NCBI GenBank assembly: GCA_043803815.1
Contig: JAZDJR010000029.1
Coordinates: 1 to 64,000 of the forward strand
Origin: Candidatus Micrarchaeota archaeon
Lineage (GTDB): Archaea > Iainarchaeota > Iainarchaeia > Iainarchaeales > JAGVWC01
Reading direction: 5' to 3'
Length of the DNA: 64,000 bases
Below the pieces are notes generated by a model, which was given only the letters and a program-made list of their open reading frames with translations, did not search any database and had not been told where the DNA came from. Made by a program: the position numbers and the translations under genes. Of the stretch, positions 51,041 through 59,394 are shown piece by piece (within the stretch, counting starts at the first letter, position 1; each line of letters begins with the position of its first letter).

Positions 51041-52426
51041 TTACATCTCAAGTGTTTGTAAAGCTATTTTTCCAATTATTTCTGTTAAAGCGTCTTCGAA
51101 TTCCCGTGATACATCGGATGTCCCGCTTGTGGCGTGGGTTGCTTCGTGCAATAGCACGCCCGCGTATGTTTGCAGGTCTTTTAGTTGGTCGCGTTGGATT
51201 ATTATGTTTGGGTAGTCCCATAGTCCGGCTGGTTGGAATCCGTTTGCTTCCAGCCGCATGGTTTCGGTTATTAGGATTTTTTTTACGCTAGCGGGTTTTC
51301 CGCCGATTAGGTCAAGTAATTGCTTCGTTTTTGAAAATATTTCTTGTTCTTTTTGGTTAAGTTGTTTTTCGTCGATGAATTTGAATTCGAAGCTTTCGTT
51401 GAAGTTTTGGACATATTGGCCCAGATCAATCATTGGGTTGCCTTGGATGTCCTTGACTCCTTGAATTTTTTCTTTAACATTGTCCGGTATCACAATTACC
51501 TTGTAACCGTCTTTTTTTGCTTGGTCGATTAGTTCTTTTTTTTCAATGAGTTCGAACGAGGTTGCGAATACAACTTTTTCAAAGCTGTTAAGCAGTTTGC
51601 AGGCGTGGACGGAAACTTCAACTCTGCTTACTTCATCGTGCATTTCCCCTGCTCCGAACTGTTGGAGGTCTTTGACCAACTGTTCCGCGACGGGCTTGGT
51701 TTGGGATTGTAGCAGTATTTCCATGATGCGGTCGGAATAAGCGGTGCGGCCTACGTTTGAGCGTTCTCGGTTTAATGCTTTTCGCAATTTTGCAGTCATT
51801 GATGTAATATTGTATGAAAAAAGGTAATTTTCTTCAGTCGCTACTTTGAGGCCCGTAATGTAAATGATTGCTTGTTTGTCTGTTTTTTCGTAAATTTCGC
51901 CTAGTTTTGTTTTTTCGAGGATTTTGGATTGGGAAAATTTGAGAAAATTGCTTTTGGCAGCATCCATGTCTTTTTTACTGCAGCCTTTTAGGATGATTTC
52001 TGTTCCTTGAAAGTTTTTGTCAGCGCTGGATTCGTCGATGATAGCATGGAGTGTTTTGACGTCTTTAAACCCGTGTTTTTCGAATTTTTGCGTTGTGATG
52101 CTTCCATGGCGGGAAATGATTTTGATTTGGATTCCATAGCGGTCAAATGTTGCAAATGCATCTTTGAGGCCGACTCCGAATTTACCGATGACTTTTTCCG
52201 GGTTATTTAGCTTTTCTTGGTTTTCGTTTTGGGTTAAGTGTTTGTAATGAACGCCGCGTCCATAGTCTCGGATATGCCAACCGTCTTTGTTTTCAAAGAT
52301 GTCGATTTCTTTAGTATTGGATAGTATTTGTTCATCCATAGCGTTGGAAATGACTTCTCGTATTCCGTCAGCTACGGTCCAGTTTTCAAGGACCTTTTCA
52401 ATGTTTAAATCGAATTTATTTTCCAT
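51041..52426 (-). CDS. GHKL ATPase with C-terminal HEXXH motif
   Basis: REVISNAMD, DYGRG, GKFGVGLK, GTEI; LLHEATH. Confidence 0.85.
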   Translation of the reverse strand: MENKFDLNIEKVLENWTVADGIREVISNAMDEQILSNTKEIDIFENKDGWHIRDYGRGVHYKHLTQNENQEKLNNPEKVIGKFGVGLKDAFATFDRYGIQIKIISRHGSITTQKFEKHGFKDVKTLHAIIDESSADKNFQGTEIILKGCSKKDMDAAKSNFLKFSQSKILEKTKLGEIYEKTDKQAIIYITGLKVATEENYLFSYNITSMTAKLRKALNRERSNVGRTAYSDRIMEILLQSQTKPVAEQLVKDLQQFGAGEMHDEVSRVEVSVHACKLLNSFEKVVFATSFELIEKKELIDQAKKDGYKVIVIPDNVKEKIQGVKDIQGNPMIDLGQYVQNFNESFEFKFIDEKQLNQKEQEIFSKTKQLLDLIGGKPASVKKILITETMRLEANGFQPAGLWDYPNIIIQRDQLKDLQTYAGVLLHEATHATSGTSDVSREFEDALTEIIGKIALQTLEM

Positions 52427-52437
52427 GGGGTGTCTCG

Positions 52438-53031
52438 CTATAATCGTGCTATTTTTCCGGCATCGGTTAATTTGTGTCCGTTTTCGGTTTCCTCGATGAA
52501 TCCTTTGTCTTTGAGTTCTTTGATTGCGCGGTAGACCATGGCGGGGCTCAATTTAGTCTCGTCTGCGAGTTTGGCGATTTGGGTGGAATCTTCGATTCGT
52601 TCCAATACCTTTTGTTGGCTGTCGGTCAAGTCGAATGATAATATGGGGATTGTAATTATTTCATTTTTTTCTTCGGTCACGTATATTATTTTTTTTATTT
52701 TTGTACTTCGTTGATAGCCGGCAAAAAGGACTCCAAAGCTTTGAGTGCGGCGACCGGTTGATACATTTAGGTAAATTTCGTCCCCGTTCGGAACCATATC
52801 AATCATATCTGTTACCGCGTGTGCAACGGAAACGATTTCGTATACGGGTACTTTTTTTTCTTTTATTTCGATTATTTTTTCATAGTGTTCTTTAATTGTT
52901 TTTATTGCGGCTTGCTGTTTGTCGTCGGTTTCAGTGCTTGAGAGCAGGTAAACCCGATCAATGGAAAAGCGATTGATGGCCAAAACAATTGAATCAGTCC
53001 GGTATACGGGAGTAATTAGCACTCTTGCCAT
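52438..53031 (-). CDS. CARF-wHTH regulator (Csa3-like)
   Basis: Rossmann-like VLIT..DRVYLL, IYLNVSTGRR, IPILS linker, C-terminal HTH ending LTDAG. Confidence 0.82.
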   Translation of the reverse strand: MARVLITPVYRTDSIVLAINRFSIDRVYLLSSTETDDKQQAAIKTIKEHYEKIIEIKEKKVPVYEIVSVAHAVTDMIDMVPNGDEIYLNVSTGRRTQSFGVLFAGYQRSTKIKKIIYVTEEKNEIITIPILSFDLTDSQQKVLERIEDSTQIAKLADETKLSPAMVYRAIKELKDKGFIEETENGHKLTDAGKIARL

Positions 53032-53075
53032 GATGAACTAGTAACTGTAACCGTTTATAAATATTTGGAATTGTA

Positions 53076-53106
53076 TACTGAAAAAGAGGTTTTCTACTGA
53101 AAAAGA
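53076..53106. promoter_or_regulatory. 12-bp direct repeat between divergent promoters
   Basis: TACTGAAAAAGA at 53076-53087 and 53095-53106. Confidence 0.6.
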
Positions 53107-53160
53107 TACTTTTTTAATGATTTTGATACTCCTTCTTGCTAAAATCAAGGGGTTGAATGG

Positions 53161-53436
53161 ATGAGCACCTATAGTAGAGGTATTGCAGCGGAAAATAAAA
53201 TCAAAGCAAAGCTTCAGAATAAAGGCTGGCTGGTGCGCCAATCGCCTGGGAGCAGGGGTCCGTTTGACCTTTATGCCTTGAAAGGTGGACGTAAAATGCT
53301 GGTCCAGGTTAAGTCTGGGACAGCCCATTTGACTACTCAAGGTCGTTCGGATTTACGTTGGGTAGCCAAAAGAAAAGGGGCCACGGCGGTAAGCATGCAC
53401 GTGCGGGGTCGACAAATCCGTTCAAGGTTTGTTTAA
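53161..53436 (+). CDS. Hjc-like small PD-(D/E)XK nuclease
   Basis: GIAAE..L..KGW.VR..GS..FDLYA..VQVK. Confidence 0.8.
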   Translation: MSTYSRGIAAENKIKAKLQNKGWLVRQSPGSRGPFDLYALKGGRKMLVQVKSGTAHLTTQGRSDLRWVAKRKGATAVSMHVRGRQIRSRFV

Positions 53437-53449
53437 GTGGTGATATTAA

Positions 53450-53833
53450 ATGCCAAATCGAAATGAGCATATTGTCCTTGGTTGCCTTCTTGCTGGCGGC
53501 GCTTATTTGCTATTTAAACGAGTTGTTAATGAAAAACCGACTTGGGGCGGATTGATAACCTCGGTGGCTGCCGGTGGTGCAATTGGACTTCTTCCAGACT
53601 TATTAGAGCCTGCTACTAACCCAACTCACAGAAATTTTTTTCATAGCGCTCTTGCTCTTGGAACCGGGACGTATGGCACTTATAAAGTTCTTCAAAACCC
53701 GCTCTTAAATCAAAATCAAAAGCAGTTTCTCTTGGCATTGTTTGCGGGATATGCCAGTCATTTACTAGCTGATGCAACAACCGCGCGCAGTATTCCACTC
53801 CTTGGAGTTGGTGAAGGATATGGGGAATACTAG
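53450..53833 (+). CDS. YdjM-like membrane metal-dependent hydrolase
   Basis: H..LPD..HRNFFHS..SHLLAD. Confidence 0.85.
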   Translation: MPNRNEHIVLGCLLAGGAYLLFKRVVNEKPTWGGLITSVAAGGAIGLLPDLLEPATNPTHRNFFHSALALGTGTYGTYKVLQNPLLNQNQKQFLLALFAGYASHLLADATTARSIPLLGVGEGYGEY

Positions 53834-54296
53834 TCGCGGAGAGTCCCGAAGCGGGAGTTCGTATAGTCGAACAAGTGGCTTTGGCTTGTCAGGACAAACA
53901 ATTGCCATTACTCGAAGAACACTTAAAAATGAAACGCCTACCGAAGCGGGGACTTTTGTTGCAGGCGTAATTCTCCAGGGAACCGGAATTGACCTTCTTT
54001 TATCAGTTTATCAGGCCGTGGTTTATTCTTATGATAAATACCAAAAGTTCGAAAATCGGTCCTGGGTAGTTGGGGAAGAACAAGCGCTTCAAGAGATTTC
54101 AGTCGAAGTTGGAAAAGATGCCTTAAAAAGCACAGTAAAAAAAATGGCTTCTCAAGCTATCGTTAATGCGGTTGTAACTGAGTTGGAGGAAAAAAAGATT
54201 ATTCCGCCTGAATTGAAAAACCGGACAGAAGAAATAGTCGATGACCTCATTGATTTGGGCATTGATAAATTGGAGAAACAATTTTTAGAGGAGTGA
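53820..54296 (+). CDS. Hypothetical protein with Gly/Ser-rich MGNTS N-terminus (QatB-like candidate)
   Basis: GGTGA SD before ATG 53820; helical acidic body. Confidence 0.7.
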   Translation: MGNTSRGESRSGSSYSRTSGFGLSGQTIAITRRTLKNETPTEAGTFVAGVILQGTGIDLLLSVYQAVVYSYDKYQKFENRSWVVGEEQALQEISVEVGKDALKSTVKKMASQAIVNAVVTELEEKKIIPPELKNRTEEIVDDLIDLGIDKLEKQFLEE

Positions 54297-54300
54297 AAAA

Positions 54301-54585
54301 ATGGGTCAAATAAACACGGATGATTTATTGTTCAAGGCCACGTATGCCACTCTTATCAAACAAGCGCAGCATATGTTGAACACTAAAGAGTTTGCTGAAC
54401 GATTCAAGCTAAAAACCCGTGAAGAAAAAATTGAAATAAAAAAGAAAATGCTTGAAAAGCTAAAAGGGTACGCCGTTGAAATCGTGCAACAGTTGCCTGA
54501 AAATGTTGAAGGGGGCCAGGATATCCAAAAGCTGAAGCCAAAGCTGATAAAAATAATGCAAGGGTGTCTTGATGGCCAAGCTTGA
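54301..54585 (+). CDS. Small helical hypothetical protein
   Basis: GGAGTGA SD; overlaps QueC-like start. Confidence 0.7.
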   Translation: MGQINTDDLLFKATYATLIKQAQHMLNTKEFAERFKLKTREEKIEIKKKMLEKLKGYAVEIVQQLPENVEGGQDIQKLKPKLIKIMQGCLDGQA

Positions 54586-55786
54586 ACACTATTTTACCCG
54601 TTTTTCGGAGATAAGCAAGTTTTACAAAGAAAGGAAAGGAAAATACGCGGCTGAAAAAGTTATTCCGCCGAGGCAACGGGACCTCACTAAATTTGTAGAA
54701 AGGGTAAACTTTCTGGAAAGGGACGATTTTCAAAATGAAATGGAATTTGAGTGTATTGATTATGATTTTTGGGAAAAACAAAAACCATTACTAAAGAGCT
54801 TAATTGAAGATATTGTTGAACGGCCCGTCGAGTTAAACCTTAAAAAAATCCAAGATCCTTTTAAAAAATCAAAATGGGGCGTCCAACCTGCCGGAAAAGC
54901 ACCCCTCGTTCTTTTTTCCGGCGGACTGGACAGCTTTCTTTCAGCGTATGAAAATCCAAACGCAGTCCTGGTGCATGTAAATATTGCCAAGGGAATGCAC
55001 CCGTATGCAAAAAAATCAAGAGAATTTTTACCTTTAACCCAACCCTACTTTGAGATATCATTTACAGCTTACAAGCCGCCAGCAAAGGCGGGCGGTGTGT
55101 CCAGTTGTCGCGGTCTAACCTTCATCTGCCTAACTTCACTGCTAATTCCTGCATTTAATGCCGACCGAATAATAATCGGGGAAAATGGAATCCTAATCCA
55201 TAACCCGCCGTTATTCGAAGGCGCCAAAATGACACGAGGGCTGCGTCCAACAATTACCTCAAAAATTGAACAACTGCTTTGCCAAGTCTATGAAAAAAAG
55301 ATTAATTTGGAGTTTCCTAATAACAGCCTCACAAAAACCCAAGTAATCGAAAAAATCATGAAAACCCCCCCTTGGCCAGAAATACTGCCAAAAACAAGCT
55401 CCTGCTTTCATCAGCAACCGCATAGGGGAATAAAGAAAAAAATTCCCATGTGTGGCGTATGTTACGCCTGTATTGTTCGTCAACTCGGAACCCTTGCGCT
55501 CGGAGTAGACGAGTCAAAAAACTATTTAAAAAATCCTTTCAAAGAATGGGATTCAAAAGGAAACGGGCTAATGTTTGTGATTGACTTATGCCGCCTAATT
55601 AAACTCTACAAAAAAGGGCTGCTTTCAGTAAACCAAGCCAATATCATCCTGCAGAACAAGGCTCTTTTTGAGCGCTATTTTGACGAAGTCCTTAAGGGTC
55701 TCAAGGAGGCACAAGCGCGAAAACTAACAGGAGACTTCGTTGATAATGAAATTGCAGAACTTGCGAAGCTTAGTCCTTTCTGCTGA
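54572..55786 (+). CDS. QueC-family (QatC/Cap9-like) PP-loop ATPase
   Basis: LFSGGLDS, IGENG, TKTQV, SC..CGVCYAC zinc site, ~110-aa N-terminal extension. Confidence 0.85.
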   Translation: MAKLEHYFTRFSEISKFYKERKGKYAAEKVIPPRQRDLTKFVERVNFLERDDFQNEMEFECIDYDFWEKQKPLLKSLIEDIVERPVELNLKKIQDPFKKSKWGVQPAGKAPLVLFSGGLDSFLSAYENPNAVLVHVNIAKGMHPYAKKSREFLPLTQPYFEISFTAYKPPAKAGGVSSCRGLTFICLTSLLIPAFNADRIIIGENGILIHNPPLFEGAKMTRGLRPTITSKIEQLLCQVYEKKINLEFPNNSLTKTQVIEKIMKTPPWPEILPKTSSCFHQQPHRGIKKKIPMCGVCYACIVRQLGTLALGVDESKNYLKNPFKEWDSKGNGLMFVIDLCRLIKLYKKGLLSVNQANIILQNKALFERYFDEVLKGLKEAQARKLTGDFVDNEIAELAKLSPFC

Positions 55787-55798
55787 ATTTTTTCACTG
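55778..55798 (+). promoter_or_regulatory. Shared 21-bp promoter-upstream motif
   Basis: TTCTGCTGAATTTTTTCACTG-N6-TTTAAAG. Confidence 0.7.
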
Positions 55799-55834
55799 TT
55801 TTGGTTTAAAGCCTATTTTTGGGGTTTGTTTTGT

Positions 55835-56053
55835 ATGCAGACTGTTTTGCAGTGGGGAAAGAAGCGTTCTTTGGATTCTCGTCAGGCCGAGGTAGTGGTT
55901 CCTTTTTCGTATTATTTGGAGCAGTTTGGCGAGTGGAAGGAGCTGCGCGGGGACCCGGGGCGGAATGCGGAGCGGTTGAAGCATTTTGAGTCCTTGCACG
56001 GAAAGGCGTTTATTGAATCTTTGTTTTTGTTTGAGAAAGTGGTGGGTGACTAA
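55835..56053 (+). CDS. Small hypothetical protein
   Basis: Downstream of shared promoter motif. Confidence 0.55.
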   Translation: MQTVLQWGKKRSLDSRQAEVVVPFSYYLEQFGEWKELRGDPGRNAERLKHFESLHGKAFIESLFLFEKVVGD

Positions 56054-56054
56054 A

Positions 56055-56210
56055 ATGCGGGATTTGGATAAAGTGGGTTTTAATTCGAATTCGCCGCTGC
56101 GGAACTACATTAAGCTGTCCGAGCGGATTGATGAATTGAATGATAAGATTCGGGAATTGGAGCAGTTGACGTTGGATGCTGTTGTCCGATTGAATGAGCG
56201 TAAACAGTGA
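56055..56210 (+). CDS. Small coiled-coil protein
   Basis: GGGTGA SD before ATG. Confidence 0.6.
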   Translation: MRDLDKVGFNSNSPLRNYIKLSERIDELNDKIRELEQLTLDAVVRLNERKQ

Positions 56211-56392
56211 ATAAAGCCGTTTTTGTCCTATTTAATAGGGGTCTTTTTGGCTTGTTGGGCCTGTCGTTAACGGTTGACGCGTTAACGCGCTATTTGGGAA
56301 AGTTTTAAATCGGTGCGTAGGAATAGTATGTTAGAACCTTTTCTGACCCATAGGGACTGGTTTGCTGTGGCGAAAGCCCAGAAGTAGTATTT

Positions 56393-57751
56393 TTATTTTT
56401 TATTTTTTTGTTTGATTGTTTTTTTGGGCGGGGTTTTCCAGTAGCCGCCTTTGTCTGGGCCAATTCTTTTGAGACTGCCTTGTTTTTTTAGGTTATTGAT
56501 TTGCCATTCTATTCCTTTGGGGCTTATTCCTGTTTTTTTTGCCAGTTCATCGGTCGTTATTCTTGGCTGTTCGATTATTAGGTCCACTATTTTCTCCCTA
56601 GTTTTCTCCCTAGTTTTCTCCCTAGTTTTCTCTTTGGGGTTTTCTTTGATTTTTGGTCTTTGAAAGGTCACGGTAAAAAATGTGGTGAATTCGAATTTTG
56701 GTTCTGGCAGTCCCGCTTCTTGCATTGCTTTTCGTATTCGGGCGATGCCGGAGCCGGCGTGTTCGACTAGATTGCTTTGTTGCAATAGTCCGAATAGGAG
56801 CGGGTTTCGGGATAGGCTTCTTTTTCCGAAGTCGCTTTGTTTGATGATGAGGCCGCCGGGATTTGATATTTCGACGCGGTTGTCGAAAACGTCTATTTGG
56901 GTTACGGCTCCTTTTTCGCTGTAGTCGCGGTGGCAGAGCGCGTTGATAATGGCTTCTTTGAGGGCTTCTTCGGGAATTTCGAGTATTTCTTTTCGGGGTC
57001 CAAATCCCTTTATTTCGTAGCGAAGTTTTAGGGTTCGGTACAAAAACTTGGATGTTTCGTTGTAATTGGAAACCGTGTCGTTTTTGAAGTCTTTTTTGTC
57101 AATGATGAGTGCTTTGTCGGTTCCTTTGTAGGTAATGCAGGTGATGATGCTTTGGGGGATGAACTTGGAAGGGTTTTTTCCAAAGAAAAGGATGGCTGCG
57201 TTTTTGAATTGGTTTTTTTGGTTTGTCAAACCCAAATTGTAGAATAGGTCTTTTTTTGGAATGGTTTTGGATATGCCAGCTTTTTTTAAAAACTCGTTGA
57301 ATCGCTTTGTGTCAAAATCCTTCAAGGCAAAATCGGGGTTTATCATTTCTTCATACAGTATTTTTCCCTGTCGGTTAAAAAGTTCCCGTATTTCTTCGAC
57401 TTCAAGTTTTTGGGAAGTGGAACCAATTCGCAAATAGAATCCTTGCGTGCAACGGTGCGGTTTTCGGTCGCTTTCCGGGACTGTGATAATAAGGACTTTT
57501 TTGAATTCTGAAATCTTGATGGAAATTGGCGGGTCGCAACTTCGAGCAATACTGTGGGCATCGGCCTTCAACCGGTTGGTAATATTGATTCCTTTGATTT
57601 TGTTGTCATCACTTACTCCGACCAGAATATCGCCGCCTTCGGCATTGGCAAAAGCCACGAGGTCTTTTTCAATTCCGTTCAGGTTTTCCTTGAACTCGCT
57701 TCGATAATCCTCGCCCTTTTTCAGGATAAAATCAAAGGTCTTTTTTTCCAT
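56393..57751 (-). CDS. AlbA_2/Schlafen-domain protein with HATPase-like and HTH domains
   Basis: EFKE, AFANAEGG..GV.D, EAIINALCHRDY, NPGG, RNP, GSGI; 12-bp KTRE tandem repeat near 56590-56632. Confidence 0.88.
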   Translation of the reverse strand: MEKKTFDFILKKGEDYRSEFKENLNGIEKDLVAFANAEGGDILVGVSDDNKIKGINITNRLKADAHSIARSCDPPISIKISEFKKVLIITVPESDRKPHRCTQGFYLRIGSTSQKLEVEEIRELFNRQGKILYEEMINPDFALKDFDTKRFNEFLKKAGISKTIPKKDLFYNLGLTNQKNQFKNAAILFFGKNPSKFIPQSIITCITYKGTDKALIIDKKDFKNDTVSNYNETSKFLYRTLKLRYEIKGFGPRKEILEIPEEALKEAIINALCHRDYSEKGAVTQIDVFDNRVEISNPGGLIIKQSDFGKRSLSRNPLLFGLLQQSNLVEHAGSGIARIRKAMQEAGLPEPKFEFTTFFTVTFQRPKIKENPKEKTREKTREKTREKIVDLIIEQPRITTDELAKKTGISPKGIEWQINNLKKQGSLKRIGPDKGGYWKTPPKKTIKQKNKK

Positions 57752-57791
57752 ACAAAATCAACTGTCCAAAAACCATTATGCCCGCTTGGCT

Positions 57792-57917
57792 TTAAAAACG
57801 CTTTTCCAGCAACACCTTGATTTCTGCCAATAGCTTGTTTTGCTGGGCAAGCAGGCGGTTGGTTTCTGCTACCTCGTTTTTTGTTTTGACGAGTTGGATT
57901 ACTTCTCCGAAACCCAT
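57792..57917 (-). CDS. 41-aa helical microprotein downstream of integrase
   Basis: GAGGTGG SD; MGFGEVIQLVKTKNEVAETNRLLAQQNKLLAEIKVLLEKRF. Confidence 0.6.
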   Translation of the reverse strand: MGFGEVIQLVKTKNEVAETNRLLAQQNKLLAEIKVLLEKRF

Positions 57918-57918
57918 T

Positions 57919-59118
57919 TCAAACCACCTCTTTTTTCAGTTGCGTGGCTTGGGTAATGGCTTCTTGGATGATGTTGGGGTTGGTTTTAGCCATTTCAAGC
58001 AATTTCATTACTGCGACCATGGCTTCTTGGTCTTTTTGGCGCGTCATTTCCACTGAATTGATAGCCTGGGGGGTCAACGGTAGCCAGCATTGTTTACAGT
58101 ATTGGCTGTTTACGTCGTTGGGTGTTTTGCAGCGGGGACAGTTTTGTTGTAGTAAAATGATTTCTTTTTTTTCGGGTTTTTTTAAACCGTTTAGCTCCAA
58201 AATTGCGTTGTCGACTTGTTTTCCGGACAGGTGGACGTAGCGTGAGGCCATGTCGCTTCCTTGGGTCCAGCCGAAGTATTCTTTCATTTGGGCTTCAGTC
58301 AGGAATTGCGCCATGTAGGTTGCGCGTGAGTGTCGGAAGTGGTGGGGGTTGACTGGTTTTTTTATTCCCGCGCGTTTGGCGGCGCCGCGGATTACTTTGA
58401 TGATGTAGGCGTAGACGACTTGCTGGGTTTTTTTTCGGGTAAGCGTTACCCACAAGGGCGCGTTGGGGTCGTGGTTTTGGGGGTGCTCATTTATCCATTC
58501 CAATAAATAGGGTGCGCTGGATACTAGTCGGATGCGGCGCATTCCGGTTTTGCCGTCGACCATTACTTGACACCCGAATTCGTCGAATTGCACGTTTTTG
58601 AGTTGTAGGCCTCCAATCTCTCCTATTCGGGCCCCGGATTCCCAGATGCACGAGATAAGTGCTTTGTCGCGTTTGGTGTGTGTGTTTTGGAGCAGGGTTT
58701 TTACTTCTTCTTGGTTTAATAGGTCGTCCGGCAGTCGTTTGTATTTGGATTTGGAACCGCTTTTTATCCAGGCCACGCATTCGGGGTAGGTTCCTTTGTT
58801 GAACCACTTGTAAAACACTTTTAGGGTGGCTCGAAAAGTGGCAATGGATTCTTCGGCATAGTCGCTGGTTTTCATCCAGACCAAGAAGGTTTCCACGTCT
58901 TTGGCGGTAATCGTGTCAAAGGGTTTGGGGATTTTTTGGCTGAAAAGGCGCAAACAGGATGCTATGCGTAGGATTCGGGGGGTTGAAATGCCGTTTACGG
59001 TTTCAAAGTTGTGGAAATCCGTCATCCATTGCTTGTTTTGGCTTGGAATGTCGGCTTTTTCAATTCGTTCCTGTTCCTTGACTAGGTAGTGGTCGTAGTC
59101 GTGTAGGTATTTTCTCAT
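57919..59118 (-). CDS. Tyrosine integrase with C-terminal zinc ribbon
   Basis: SGARIGE, GKTG, HHFRHSRAT, GW..YVH; CPRC..CKQC. Confidence 0.95.
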   Translation of the reverse strand: MRKYLHDYDHYLVKEQERIEKADIPSQNKQWMTDFHNFETVNGISTPRILRIASCLRLFSQKIPKPFDTITAKDVETFLVWMKTSDYAEESIATFRATLKVFYKWFNKGTYPECVAWIKSGSKSKYKRLPDDLLNQEEVKTLLQNTHTKRDKALISCIWESGARIGEIGGLQLKNVQFDEFGCQVMVDGKTGMRRIRLVSSAPYLLEWINEHPQNHDPNAPLWVTLTRKKTQQVVYAYIIKVIRGAAKRAGIKKPVNPHHFRHSRATYMAQFLTEAQMKEYFGWTQGSDMASRYVHLSGKQVDNAILELNGLKKPEKKEIILLQQNCPRCKTPNDVNSQYCKQCWLPLTPQAINSVEMTRQKDQEAMVAVMKLLEMAKTNPNIIQEAITQATQLKKEVV

Positions 59119-59185
59119 CAAATCACGTCTCCTTTTACCCAACCGAAAACCAATTAAAAGAGACGGATTCAAACAATTTGGTAAT

Positions 59186-59289
59186 TGCAGGCGGGCAGAT
59201 TCGAACTGCCGAAAGCCACTAAGGCACAAGCCCATTGACCGTTGATACGGGCCTCAAGCTTGCGAAATTGACCGCTATTCGACGCCTGC
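59186..59289 (-). tRNA. tRNA-Leu(GAG) with 19-nt intron; integration target
   Basis: GCAGGCG/CGCCTGC acceptor, long variable arm, BHB-type helix TTGA/TCAA. Confidence 0.92.
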
Positions 59290-59394
59290 ACTATTGTAAA
59301 AGGGTTCAATAGTCCTTTTAAAATCTGTTCTCCCTGCTTGCCGATTCTTGCCGAATTTAATAGTACTGCTTGCGCACTAAAAAAAATAATGATA

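Larger units (their letters stand above)
29402..59201. mobile_element. Integrative (probably conjugative) element in tRNA-Leu(GAG)
   Basis: Exact repeat ATTGCAGGCGGGCAGATT at 29402-29419 and 59184-59201; integrase, VirB4, pilin and ArdC inside. Confidence 0.92.

Noticed and set aside
54572-55786. Housekeeping queC for archaeosine synthesis
   Set aside because: Much longer than canonical QueC, located in a mobile element, no other que genes nearby; gene symbol withheld.
56340-56386. Hammerhead ribozyme (CTGA..GAAA)
   Set aside because: The CUGANGA core is not present.
56590-56632. 12-bp tandem repeat as a regulatory or phase-variable locus
   Set aside because: In-frame linker repeat (KTRE) before the HTH; copy-number changes would not shift frame.
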